DNA of 64,000 nucleotides from Patescibacteria group bacterium (lineage in GTDB: Bacteria > Patescibacteriota > Microgenomatia > UBA8517). The notes below the pieces were generated by a model that searched no databases, was not told the origin of the DNA, and saw nothing but the letters and a program-made list of their open reading frames with translations. Location: the NCBI GenBank assembly GCA_038062745.1, contig JBBTWO010000012.1, positions 249 through 64,248 of the forward strand. The letters run 5' to 3'. Shown here in pieces: positions 9,192 to 18,220 of the stretch (positions are counted from its first letter, which is position 1; the number at the start of each line of letters is the position of its first letter). A program made the translations under genes and the position numbers.

Positions 9192-11531
9192 TTATCTATC
9201 TGAATCTGCTTTGTTTGGAGAATCTAAATATCTACTTACTGGAAAATGAGGTCCACCCTCTGATCTATTTCCACCATCTCTTCTTGGTCCACTAAAGTTG
9301 CCCCTGCTTGATCCGCCAAATGATCTTCTTGGTCCACGATCATTTCCACCACTTCTTCTGTCACCACCAAAACCTCCACGTCTATCTCCTCCTCCGCCAA
9401 ATGATCTTCTTGGTCCTCTATCTCCTCCACCTCTGTCTTCTTTTGGTTTATCTTTTGATGGATCCATATTCATAGAAAGGTTAATGCGTCCCATATCATC
9501 AACTTCTTTTACTCTGACTTGTACCTTGTCTCCAATTGCAACAACTTCTTCTGGATTTGAAACAAACTCTTCTCGCATGTCTGAAACATGAACTAATCCT
9601 TCTTTACCAGGTAAGATTTCAACAAAAGCTCCAAAAGGAAGTATTCTTTGCACCGTGCCTTCATATGTTTCTCCGGATTGCACTTCTTTAGTCATACCTT
9701 CAATGTAAGTGAAAGCTGCTTCAACTGCTGATTGATCAACTGCTGTAATAGTTACTGTTCCATCGTCATTAACGTCCAATTGAACCTTGGTGTCAGCCAT
9801 AATTTTCTTGATATTCTTCCCCCCTGGCCCAATAAGCTCGCCAATTTTGTCGACTGGGATTTGGATAGTTTTTACTTTTGGAGCATAGTTGCTTACTTTG
9901 CTTCGGGGCTCAGCAATGGCTGATGCAATTGTTTCCAAAACTGCCATTCTGGCTGGTTTTGATTGCTCAATTGCTTTTTCAAGCATTTCAAGTGAAAGAT
10001 CAAGCGTTTTAACGTCTAATTGGAGTGCAGTGATTCCTTTTTTGCTTCCTGCGATTTTGAAATCCATGTCTCCATTGAAATCTTCAAGTCCCATGATGTC
10101 AGTTAAAATGGCGTAATTTTCAGGTGACTCAACAACAACTCCCATGGCAATACCACCTACTGGTGCTTTTATTGGTACTCCTGCATCCATTAAAGCAAGG
10201 GTTGATCCACATGTGGAAGCCATTGAGGTTGATCCATTTGAGGACAAAACTTCAGATACCAAGCTAATGGTGTATGGAAAGTCTGCAACTGCTGGCAAAA
10301 CTGGAATAAGTGCCTTTTCAGCCAATGCTCCATGACCAATTTCGCGTCTGCCTGGGGCACCTACTCTTCCGGTTTCTCCAGTTGAGAAAGGAGGGAAAAC
10401 ATAAAAATGCATGTAGCGTTTTTCTGATTCACCTTCAGCAGACTCTATAAGCAATCCCATGTTTGGGCCACCAAGTGTTGCAATGGTCATTACTTGTGTT
10501 TGACCTCTTTGAAACATGCCTGATCCATGAGTTCTTGGCAGTAATCCAACTGAGGCAGTAAGTTGCCTTAATTCATCTAATTTTCTGCCATCTGGTCTTG
10601 TGCCTTTTAAGATGTTGGTTCTAATGTGCTTTTTCAAAATATATTCTGCTGCTTCACCAACGGCTTTCGCATCTTCTTCTGACAGCTCTGCGGCAATTGC
10701 TTTTTTGAGTTCTTCAAATTCTGAGAATCCACCTTCCTTGGCTACCAAAATTTTAACCATGTCGCGAATCTTGTCTCCAGCAATTTTTTCAACTTTATTG
10801 ATTACTTCCTGTTTCTTCTCTTGCTTTGCAATTACTTCTTTTGTTGCTCCAACTTCTTTGGCAAAGTCATTAATGAATTCAAGTACTTTTTCGCCTTCTT
10901 GCTTTGCATATTTAATACCGTCCAAAATTTGTTCTTCTGACACTTCTTTGCTTAAGTCTTCAATCATGACAATTGCTTTGTCTGTTGAGGAAACTACAAG
11001 TTCCATTTCTGAGGTTTCTAAATCTTTGTCGGTTGGATTAGTGAAATACACTCCATCTTTAAGTCCTACCTTAACAATTGCTACAGGTCCCATCCATGGA
11101 ATGGAAGATGCTGTAAGGGCTGCAGAAACTGCGATGGAAGCAACCATGTCTGGTGTATTTTCCAAATCCACTGACATAACGGTTACAATTACTTGGACTT
11201 CTTTTTTGTATTCTTTTGGGAAAAGGGGGCGAATGGAGCGATCAATGAGTCTGCCAGTTAATATTTCTTCGTCGCTTGGTCTACCGTCTCTTTTGACCCA
11301 CCTACTACCTTTGATCTTTCCTCCAGCATAAAGTCTCTCTTGGTATTCAACAGAAAGGGGAAAATATCCTGGATCAACAAGCATTTGTTTGGCAACAACA
11401 GTTGCTAAAACCACAGTTTCACCATATTGAGCCATAACAGCACAAGTTGCTTGTTCTGCTAATAATCCGGTTTTAAGTGAGAAGGTTCTTCCTCCTAATT
11501 CAAATTGTTTTTCTACTACTTTTTTATTCAT
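9192..11531 (-). CDS. pnp: Polyribonucleotide nucleotidyltransferase (PNPase)
   Basis: Two RNase PH domains (RRE.GHG, SNGSTSMAS, GDMDFK), KH (IGPGGKNI), S1 (FGAFVEI); Gly/Arg-rich tail. Confidence 0.98.
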   Translation of the reverse strand: MNKKVVEKQFELGGRTFSLKTGLLAEQATCAVMAQYGETVVLATVVAKQMLVDPGYFPLSVEYQERLYAGGKIKGSRWVKRDGRPSDEEILTGRLIDRSIRPLFPKEYKKEVQVIVTVMSVDLENTPDMVASIAVSAALTASSIPWMGPVAIVKVGLKDGVYFTNPTDKDLETSEMELVVSSTDKAIVMIEDLSKEVSEEQILDGIKYAKQEGEKVLEFINDFAKEVGATKEVIAKQEKKQEVINKVEKIAGDKIRDMVKILVAKEGGFSEFEELKKAIAAELSEEDAKAVGEAAEYILKKHIRTNILKGTRPDGRKLDELRQLTASVGLLPRTHGSGMFQRGQTQVMTIATLGGPNMGLLIESAEGESEKRYMHFYVFPPFSTGETGRVGAPGRREIGHGALAEKALIPVLPAVADFPYTISLVSEVLSSNGSTSMASTCGSTLALMDAGVPIKAPVGGIAMGVVVESPENYAILTDIMGLEDFNGDMDFKIAGSKKGITALQLDVKTLDLSLEMLEKAIEQSKPARMAVLETIASAIAEPRSKVSNYAPKVKTIQIPVDKIGELIGPGGKNIKKIMADTKVQLDVNDDGTVTITAVDQSAVEAAFTYIEGMTKEVQSGETYEGTVQRILPFGAFVEILPGKEGLVHVSDMREEFVSNPEEVVAIGDKVQVRVKEVDDMGRINLSMNMDPSKDKPKEDRGGGDRGPRRSFGGGGDRRGGFGGDRRSGGNDRGPRRSFGGSSRGNFSGPRRDGGNRSEGGPHFPVSRYLDSPNKADSDR

Positions 11532-11801
11532 TTATTTCTTCAAGTCTAATTTCTTGATGAGGATTTTATATCTTTCTTCGTCTTTCTTTTGAAGATAGGA
11601 CAATAATCTTCTTCTCTTGGCTACCATTGAAAGAAGTCCAGTTCTTGAATGAACATCTTTGCCATGACCTTTCAAATGCTCAACTAATTTGTTGATTTGG
11701 TTGGTTAAAAGGGCTACTTGTACTTCAGGAGATCCTGTGTCGCCTTTTTCTCGGGCGAAGCCTTCTATTATTTTTTGTTTTTCGTCAGTTGGTAGTGCCA
11801 T
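11532..11801 (-). CDS. rpsO: 30S ribosomal protein S15
   Basis: [23 protein letters not shown]; canonical rpsO-pnp synteny. Confidence 0.98.
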   Translation of the reverse strand: MALPTDEKQKIIEGFAREKGDTGSPEVQVALLTNQINKLVEHLKGHGKDVHSRTGLLSMVAKRRRLLSYLQKKDEERYKILIKKLDLKK

Positions 11802-11894
11802 AGTGTCATGTAAAGCTAAAGTAGAGCCCCATTTGGCTAAACCTTGCCTTCATCAGTACGTATATTAACACAGTACCTCAAAAAGTGCAAAACT

Positions 11895-12110
11895 TCACTT
11901 ACTTAACTTTATCGCCTCATTTTCGATCTCGACCATTGCTTTCTTTAGTGTTTTTCCTCCTAACATAAATAGAGGCTTCTTTGTCTTTACAAGATGTTTC
12001 AACATCGCATTTACCAAAGAACTTACAGAAATACCCAATTCTCGACAGATTATTTGGATTTCCTTTTTAGTAGCAACATCTATTCGAACATTAACGACAG
12101 TCTTCGCCAT
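11895..12110 (-). CDS. RelB/DinJ-like ribbon-helix-helix antitoxin (no adjacent toxin)
   Basis: VNVRIDVATKKE...ICRELGISVSSLVNAMLK.LV.TKKP fits the RelB/DinJ pattern. Confidence 0.75.
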   Translation of the reverse strand: MAKTVVNVRIDVATKKEIQIICRELGISVSSLVNAMLKHLVKTKKPLFMLGGKTLKKAMVEIENEAIKLSK

Positions 12111-12150
12111 ATGTATATCAATTGTAATACAAAGATTAGTGAAAAGAAAG

Positions 12151-12390
12151 TTATTTAGCTACAACGACAATCCCATCAGCCAGTTGAATTGCATCTCCGG
12201 GTGTAAATGTCCTCTCAAAAGGTTCTTTTCCAACTCTTGCTTCTATAAGATGAAAGCCTTTACCCTCACTCTTACCGGTAATTACTACAGTACTACTATT
12301 AGCAGATTTGCCTACACCAGCACTCCAATATTCACAATCTTTCTCAATTGTTGTTATTAAACCTCTTCCGTCTCGTATTTCTGCTACCAT
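12151..12390 (-). CDS. Hypothetical protein (79 aa)
   Basis: ATG start 7 nt after the previous stop, same strand, plausible composition. Confidence 0.6.
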   Translation of the reverse strand: MVAEIRDGRGLITTIEKDCEYWSAGVGKSANSSTVVITGKSEGKGFHLIEARVGKEPFERTFTPGDAIQLADGIVVVAK

Positions 12391-12397
12391 ATTTTTA

Positions 12398-13267
12398 TTA
12401 ACTTACTGAAGTCCCTTTGTAAATCTGTGGTGCTTCAAACCAAGACTGTGGAGCATTTTCAATTTCAACATCTTCAACAGCTCCAATTTCTTCATTTGAT
12501 TTTACATTTAGAGATTCTCCTGGAATTGACCCAGCTGGAAAACTGGTTCGATCTATTCTGCCCGTTCCAGCTCTTCTTCCTCCTGCCTTCATAAGATCTG
12601 CAGCAAGTAAGAAAGTGTCAGCATTTACCAGTGGGTGGGCAAAGTTTTGGGTTCCGTCTTCAAGACCAGTCAAAAGATTAGTTGCGATATCACCATCCAT
12701 TTGAGCCCCAATTTCTCGAATAAGGCCTGCAACTACTTGAGAAATTGCTGGACCATGAGCTGAAAAATCTAAAATATCACTGGCTCCAACTGATTGGGTT
12801 CCAATATGGAGTACTTTTGTTGGTTTTAAGTCTTTAGAAGAAAGAGCTGGAAAATCTTCTTTCTTGACTCCACCAATTAAGATTACTGTATCAGCAGATG
12901 TGCCTGAATACGACATGTTTACTTGGTTTTCCTTAGGAGCTAATTGGCCAATTTTTGGCACAATTGTAAGTCTGAATTCTCCAGATTCAATATCGTAGGA
13001 AACTTTTTCAATTTGGTCTGCTTTGTAGTCCTTAAATTTAATAGTTAGGTTTTTGTCACCAAAGTCAGATCTAATCTCATTTACCCCCACAAGACGATTA
13101 AATTCCACAACCATTGGGGTTGAAGAACTAACGGTGGTTTCTTTAGCTGGTCTGACGGCTAAATACAGGGAAAGTCCGGCAGCAACTTGGTCAAAGCTAG
13201 GATTTTGAGGCAACAAAATAAGGATTGATTTGGCCTCAGAAATAATATTTCCAAATGAGTTTTCCAT
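12398..13267 (-). CDS. Degenerate DHH-phosphoesterase (NrnA-like) fold protein
   Basis: Position after infB; AKSILILLP..P.FD.VAAGLSL and IATNLLTGL.DGTQNF resemble NrnA, but the DHH motif is absent. Confidence 0.65.
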   Translation of the reverse strand: MENSFGNIISEAKSILILLPQNPSFDQVAAGLSLYLAVRPAKETTVSSSTPMVVEFNRLVGVNEIRSDFGDKNLTIKFKDYKADQIEKVSYDIESGEFRLTIVPKIGQLAPKENQVNMSYSGTSADTVILIGGVKKEDFPALSSKDLKPTKVLHIGTQSVGASDILDFSAHGPAISQVVAGLIREIGAQMDGDIATNLLTGLEDGTQNFAHPLVNADTFLLAADLMKAGGRRAGTGRIDRTSFPAGSIPGESLNVKSNEEIGAVEDVEIENAPQSWFEAPQIYKGTSVS

Positions 13268-13281
13268 GGTGAGTTTAGGCT

Positions 13282-14673
13282 CTATGCCCGCGATATTAGC
13301 ACGTCTCCTATAGTAAAATCAAGCTGCGGCTCTAAAATTGCACCAAATTCTCCTTCGGTTACCGTAGTTAATTCATCCTTACCGCGTCTAACAGAAGTGA
13401 CCCTTACTTCAGCAACATCTTTCTCGTCTCTTACCAGTATGAGTTTATTGCCTTTGGACACTTGGCCCAATTCCAATCTGCAACCGGCGACAATTTTGTT
13501 GTTAAAAGGAAATGTGGCAATAACTACCATTTTGGCAACAATTACTTTGGTTCCAGCTTTAATGAGTTCATTAATTCGATCTGTGAGATCGTAGATAATT
13601 TTGAATGATTTGACTTCTACTTTTTCTGTTTCTGCTAACTTTGCGATTTGGTTATTTACCTTAACCTCAAAGGCAAAGATTTTCGCTCCTGAGGTTCTTG
13701 CCAAGAAAATGTCATTCTCATTAATATCCCCCACACTTGCGGAAACAACAAATACTCCCTCAGGAATTGAAGCCAACAAAGCTTCAAGTGCGCCAGCATT
13801 TTGGGTTTTTAGGACAAGTGGCAATTGACCTTCAAGCATCTTTCCTTTGGTGACTACTCTTTGTTCGACAAAGGCATTTACTTTCTTATCTTTCCCAGCA
13901 TCTTCGATTACTACCCCAATTTGAGGGACTGCATCAAAACCTAAAATTAAAGCCGGCTCTCCAGGGTTAATTTTTTTGACAGATTTATTTTGGTGATCAA
14001 ACAAGCCTCTGACTTTTGCTTCCTGACCAGCTGCATTTATAAGTTTGCCTACTTCTAATTTGCCATTTCTAACAACTACCGTGGCAAGTGCGCCTCTTTG
14101 ATCTTTACCGGTTTCAATAACTACAGCTTCGAGAGGTGCATCGGCATCAGCCAAAATATCGTTAATATCAGACACTAAAACAATCAATTCCAATAACTTA
14201 TCAACACCAACATTTTGTCTGGCAGACACCTCAACGTAAGGTGTATTTCCACCTCTGCCTTCAAAATAAATACCTTCAGTTTCCAAAGTGGCAAGTGCAT
14301 TTTGAACGTTGGCGCTTGGTAAGTCAGTTTTTGTTAAAGCAACAATAAAGGGAATATTTGCCTCCTGAATGAAGCCAATTGCTTCTTTAGTTTGTGGTTT
14401 TACGCCATCGTCCGCTGCCACAACTAATACTGCAATGTCGGCAACTTTTGCTCCCCGAGACCGCATACCCGAAAAGGCTGCATGACCTGGAGTATCAATA
14501 AAGGTTATTTTTTGACCACCTTCGGTTTGAACAATAGAGGCTCCAATACTTTGCGTGATACCTCCGGCTTCACGATCAACTATTTTTGTCTTTCGTAAAT
14601 TATCAAGTAAAGTTGTTTTACCGTGGTCAACGTGACCCAGTACTGTAACTATTGGTTGTCTTTTTTCAATCAT
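13282..14673 (-). CDS. infB: Translation initiation factor IF-2 (short form without N-terminal domain)
   Basis: RQPIVTVLGHVDHGKTTLLD, EAGGITQ, FIDTPGHAAF. Confidence 0.96.
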   Translation of the reverse strand: MIEKRQPIVTVLGHVDHGKTTLLDNLRKTKIVDREAGGITQSIGASIVQTEGGQKITFIDTPGHAAFSGMRSRGAKVADIAVLVVAADDGVKPQTKEAIGFIQEANIPFIVALTKTDLPSANVQNALATLETEGIYFEGRGGNTPYVEVSARQNVGVDKLLELIVLVSDINDILADADAPLEAVVIETGKDQRGALATVVVRNGKLEVGKLINAAGQEAKVRGLFDHQNKSVKKINPGEPALILGFDAVPQIGVVIEDAGKDKKVNAFVEQRVVTKGKMLEGQLPLVLKTQNAGALEALLASIPEGVFVVSASVGDINENDIFLARTSGAKIFAFEVKVNNQIAKLAETEKVEVKSFKIIYDLTDRINELIKAGTKVIVAKMVVIATFPFNNKIVAGCRLELGQVSKGNKLILVRDEKDVAEVRVTSVRRGKDELTTVTEGEFGAILEPQLDFTIGDVLISRA

Positions 14674-14768
14674 ATGTGTGTTGATTTTGTAAGAGGAATT
14701 AACAGAAAGAGGTCTGAAGATAATGAAGTAAAGGCAAAATTAAAAAAATTTACAAATTTGTCATTTTA

Positions 14769-15851
14769 TTATTCACTATCTGCTACTGGCTCTGCTGGTT
14801 CCTCGACTGAAACCTCATTAACATTTTCTTCTATTGGTGCTACAACCTCTACAGGTTTGTTGGCTTTAGGATCTCCAATTACATCAATTTTATAACCAGT
14901 CAACTTTCCTGCCAAGCGAACATTTTGACCATCTTTGCCAATTGCAATGGATAATTGATCCTCAGGGACGGTTACTTTTGCTTCCTGGTTTTTTTTGTCT
15001 AACTTAATTGCCAAAACATCAACTGGAGCCAAAGCTGCTTTAACTAAGTCTTCTTGGTTGTCAGTCCAAGAAATAATATCTACTCGCTCGCCTCCCAATT
15101 CATTAGTAACAGCTTGTACTCTTACCCCTTTTTGACCAACACAACTTCCGACTGGATCAACTCCTGGTTGGTTAGAAAACACAGCCATCTTGGTTCGGAC
15201 ACCCGCATCACGGGATATAGCCTTTACTTCAACAGCGTTAGAAGCGATTTCTGGAACCTCACGACCAAATAGTTTAGCTACAAAATTTGGGTCTGCTCGA
15301 GAAAGAATAATTTGACTACCATGTTCTTCATCGGTAATTTCCTTAAGCAGGAATGAAAGTCGTTGATTTAGGTTAAGTCGCTCGTTTGGAACTCGTTCGT
15401 CAGAAGGTAAAATGGCTTCAACTGACCGACCAATATCCACTCTAACGTTCGAGCCATCAAATCGCAAAACCATACCAGAAACCAAAGTTCCAATACGGTC
15501 TGTATATTCAACTATAACAGCACCTTTTTCAGCTTCTCTTATTTTTTGATGAATAACTTGTTTAGCTGTTTGGGCTGCAATTCGGCCAAACCCTGGAGGA
15601 GTAACATCTTTCCTCTGCGTTGGTTTGTCAGCAGCAAATTCAAATACTTTTGTTTCTCCAGTTATTGGATCAATAACTGCATCATATTCAAATTCTTCGG
15701 AAATCTCTTGACCGTAATCTTCTCGGTCTCTTTTGTAGGCTGCAACAATAGCTTGTTTAATTGTGCCAATAATAACTTCAGGATCCAGCCCTCGCTCGGT
15801 TGCGATTGCTTTCAAAGCTTGTGCAAATTCGGTTCTTGGTGTCTGTTGCAT
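14769..15851 (-). CDS. nusA: Transcription termination factor NusA
   Basis: GFGRIAAQTAKQVIHQKIREAE, VDPVGSCVG..G.RVQ, SIAIGKDGQNVRLA; start set at ATG 15851 behind an AAGGAG SD. Confidence 0.96.
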   Translation of the reverse strand: MQQTPRTEFAQALKAIATERGLDPEVIIGTIKQAIVAAYKRDREDYGQEISEEFEYDAVIDPITGETKVFEFAADKPTQRKDVTPPGFGRIAAQTAKQVIHQKIREAEKGAVIVEYTDRIGTLVSGMVLRFDGSNVRVDIGRSVEAILPSDERVPNERLNLNQRLSFLLKEITDEEHGSQIILSRADPNFVAKLFGREVPEIASNAVEVKAISRDAGVRTKMAVFSNQPGVDPVGSCVGQKGVRVQAVTNELGGERVDIISWTDNQEDLVKAALAPVDVLAIKLDKKNQEAKVTVPEDQLSIAIGKDGQNVRLAGKLTGYKIDVIGDPKANKPVEVVAPIEENVNEVSVEEPAEPVADSE

Positions 15852-15866
15852 ATTTCTCCTTCGTCG

Positions 15867-15893
15867 AAATAAAAAGGCGAGAATCCTCTCGCC
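15867..15893 (-). terminator. Intrinsic terminator-like hairpin in the nusA leader
   Basis: Minus strand GGCGAGA-GGAT-TCTCGCC-TTTTTATTT immediately upstream of the nusA SD. Confidence 0.7.
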
Positions 15894-15915
15894 CAACTCT
15901 CTTTCTTCTTGCTGT

Positions 15916-15944
15916 ATTCTACCCCGTGGGTGTTTTGAAGTCAA
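15916..15944 (-). promoter_or_regulatory. sigma70 promoter of nusA
   Basis: TTGACT-N17-TAGAAT on the minus strand. Confidence 0.7.
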
Positions 15945-15964
15945 ACCAGTTAGTGAAACTTGGT

Positions 15965-16318
15965 TTATTCGTTGCCATTTGCAAGTCTTGCCCCTTTGGT
16001 ACATCTGGTAAATTCATCTCTGAAGGCAGTTAATTCTTCATCACTCATGTTTTGTATATCTGTATCGGTTAAGCTGCCAAATCTGGTCAACCACTTTTTA
16101 AAGTCATCATATGCTCTAGCCGATATAGCCCACAAAAATTCCACAGATTCGCCATCACCAGCTGGAGAAACTACTAAATCAACAATAATGTTGTCACTTA
16201 CAATAATCCCTTTTATAATCATGGGCAGAGAGTCTTCTGTTAAGACAACAGCCGTACCGTTGTGGTTTAAATATCCACCTTCAGGAAAAATAGCTACTAT
16301 CTTTCTGTCTCTATTCAT
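15965..16318 (-). CDS. Hypothetical protein (117 aa)
   Basis: ATG 1 nt after the upstream gene's stop; no family recognised. Confidence 0.6.
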   Translation of the reverse strand: MNRDRKIVAIFPEGGYLNHNGTAVVLTEDSLPMIIKGIIVSDNIIVDLVVSPAGDGESVEFLWAISARAYDDFKKWLTRFGSLTDTDIQNMSDEELTAFRDEFTRCTKGARLANGNE

Positions 16319-16319
16319 A

Positions 16320-16646
16320 TCAGGTTTGGGGATCTCTTCCGTAAAATAATAGTGTTTCCAACAATCCCTGTGCTACCATTTCTTGTTTAGGAGTTAGCAA
16401 GTCTGTATTTTTCGCTATTGTCATTATCTTCTGTATTCTTTCTGTTCTCGTATCGGGAAATAATCTATATCTCTTCTGCCCATCTTCTGTCCGTATCACG
16501 ACAGCTCCAGTTTCTAAATCTTGTTCATTTAAATTTATGTGTCCTCGCAAATTTTCAGATCCAGTTTCAACCAAATCTGAATCTGGACTTGGACCGCTGT
16601 AAAGATCAATTCCTGAAGGTATAGTAAGGAGTATTCTCTCAGCCAT
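16320..16646 (-). CDS. Hypothetical protein (108 aa)
   Basis: ATG 11 nt after the dnaJ stop; no family recognised. Confidence 0.62.
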   Translation of the reverse strand: MAERILLTIPSGIDLYSGPSPDSDLVETGSENLRGHINLNEQDLETGAVVIRTEDGQKRYRLFPDTRTERIQKIMTIAKNTDLLTPKQEMVAQGLLETLLFYGRDPQT

Positions 16647-16657
16647 GCTGGGACTTA

Positions 16658-17530
16658 TTATAGACCTTGTCTTCTTAATTCTTCAATAAGCTTTTTTTGA
16701 TCTCTATTTAGTTTTGTTGGTACATCAACTGTTATTTTTATATATTGATCTCCCTTTGCTGACCCTCTTGGACTTTGCACCCCTTTGCCTTTTAATCTCA
16801 TCATACTTGCCGATTCAGTTCCTGACTTTATTTTTAACTTTACCGGCTTGTCTACTGTCGGTACTTCAATTTCCCCACCTAAAACTGCAACTGAGAAGGG
16901 AATAGCGACATTTACATAGATATCTAGTCCATCGCGCTCAAAAATATTACTTGGTTTTACATTAATAGACAAAATAAAATCTCCAAAATTAATACGTGAG
17001 CCTTCATCCACCCCTGCTGGAATTTTTATCTTTCGTTTTTTTCCTTCAACCACGGCTTCTTTAGTTACCCCCTTTACAGCTTCCATGAAATCAATGGCTA
17101 TAGAATACCTAGGCACTCTTTGCTGCCTGAATGGACTTGCTCCACCAAAGAACTGTTCAAAGATTTCAAATGGATCTCCAAAATCAAACGGCACCCCTTC
17201 CCCATTACCAGAATATGAATAACTAAATCCTCCTTGGCCAAATGGATTAAAACCTTGTCCTTGAGCGCCTCGCCCTCCAGCAAAACCACCACCAGGAGAA
17301 AATGCAGCATGACCATATTGATCATATGCAGAGCGTTTCGAGGAATCAGAAAGAATTTGGTAGGCTTCGTTTATTTCTTTAAAGCGTTTTTCAGCAGCTT
17401 GCTTTTGGTCTTTGTGACGGTCAGGATGCCACTCTAAAGCCTGCTTTCTGTAAGCTTTCTTGAGTTCCTCAGAAGTTGCACTTTTGGTGACCCCTAAAAT
17501 ATCGTAAAAATCTGGTTTTGCTGCTGCCAC
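16658..17530 (-). CDS. dnaJ: DnaJ co-chaperone (class B, no zinc finger)
   Basis: J domain with WHPDR, G/F-rich region, C-terminal domains; no CxxCxGxG repeats. Confidence 0.92.
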   Translation of the reverse strand: MAAAKPDFYDILGVTKSATSEELKKAYRKQALEWHPDRHKDQKQAAEKRFKEINEAYQILSDSSKRSAYDQYGHAAFSPGGGFAGGRGAQGQGFNPFGQGGFSYSYSGNGEGVPFDFGDPFEIFEQFFGGASPFRQQRVPRYSIAIDFMEAVKGVTKEAVVEGKKRKIKIPAGVDEGSRINFGDFILSINVKPSNIFERDGLDIYVNVAIPFSVAVLGGEIEVPTVDKPVKLKIKSGTESASMMRLKGKGVQSPRGSAKGDQYIKITVDVPTKLNRDQKKLIEELRRQGL

Positions 17531-17545
17531 GGATATATATTACCA

Positions 17546-17572
17546 TTAGCACTCAAATTCTTTCAATGCTAA
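17546..17572. promoter_or_regulatory. CIRCE element (HrcA operator) upstream of dnaJ
   Basis: TTAGCACTC-N9-CAATGCTAA versus consensus TTAGCACTC-N9-GAGTGCTAA. Confidence 0.88.
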
Positions 17573-17578
17573 CAGTAA

Positions 17579-18220
17579 CTAGAATTTTATTTGTTTCCAA
17601 CCTTTTGGCGATACAATTAAATGATCCAGCAGATTTATGCCCAATATTTTTCCAGCCAAATCTACTCTTTTTGTAAAAACAATGTCTGTCTTTGAAGGCT
17701 CAAGTATCCCCGAAGGGTGATTGTGTACAAGAATGATGTCTGTAATTGGTAATTCTTTTATATATGAATAAATCTCCCTTGGAAGTGCATTTGCACCATT
17801 TACAGATCCAACCGCAATAATTTCCTTTTTTAAAATTTCACCTCTGGCATTCAAATAAAAACACAGTAAGGTTTCTTTTCCACTATTAATAATTTCTTGA
17901 GATTGGGCATATATCTGTTCAGGTGTTGTAATACTTGTTGGTTGGTCATCCTTTAGTCGCTTACTCAATTCTAAACTGGCTAAAATTTGAGCTATTTTAC
18001 TTTTGCCAAGGCCAATTTTTTCCAAATCCTTCTTACTTAACTCTTGGTGGTGTTTTAATATTTTTGTAATTTTTTTGGCCAGAATCGATACAGACTCAGA
18101 CTTTGTACCAGTAACCAAAATTGCAGCTATTAGTTCTTGAGTAGTCAATGCATCAGGACCATATTTTAGAAGCTTCTCCCTTGGGCGCAAGGAAATTGGA
18201 AGAGATTTAATTTTCCTCAT
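17579..18220 (-). CDS. radC: RadC-family JAB domain protein
   Basis: RPREKLL..G..ALT..EL.A.IL.TG N-terminus; IILVHNHPSG..EPS..D and LLDHLIV JAB motifs. Confidence 0.9.
   Translation of the reverse strand: MRKIKSLPISLRPREKLLKYGPDALTTQELIAAILVTGTKSESVSILAKKITKILKHHQELSKKDLEKIGLGKSKIAQILASLELSKRLKDDQPTSITTPEQIYAQSQEIINSGKETLLCFYLNARGEILKKEIIAVGSVNGANALPREIYSYIKELPITDIILVHNHPSGILEPSKTDIVFTKRVDLAGKILGINLLDHLIVSPKGWKQIKF

Noticed and set aside
15852-16004. N-terminal extension of nusA in the ORF track
   Set aside because: It spans the promoter, terminator and upstream gene; an SD supports ATG 15851. Similar over-extended starts were trimmed for hrcA, groES, rpsT and pcrA.
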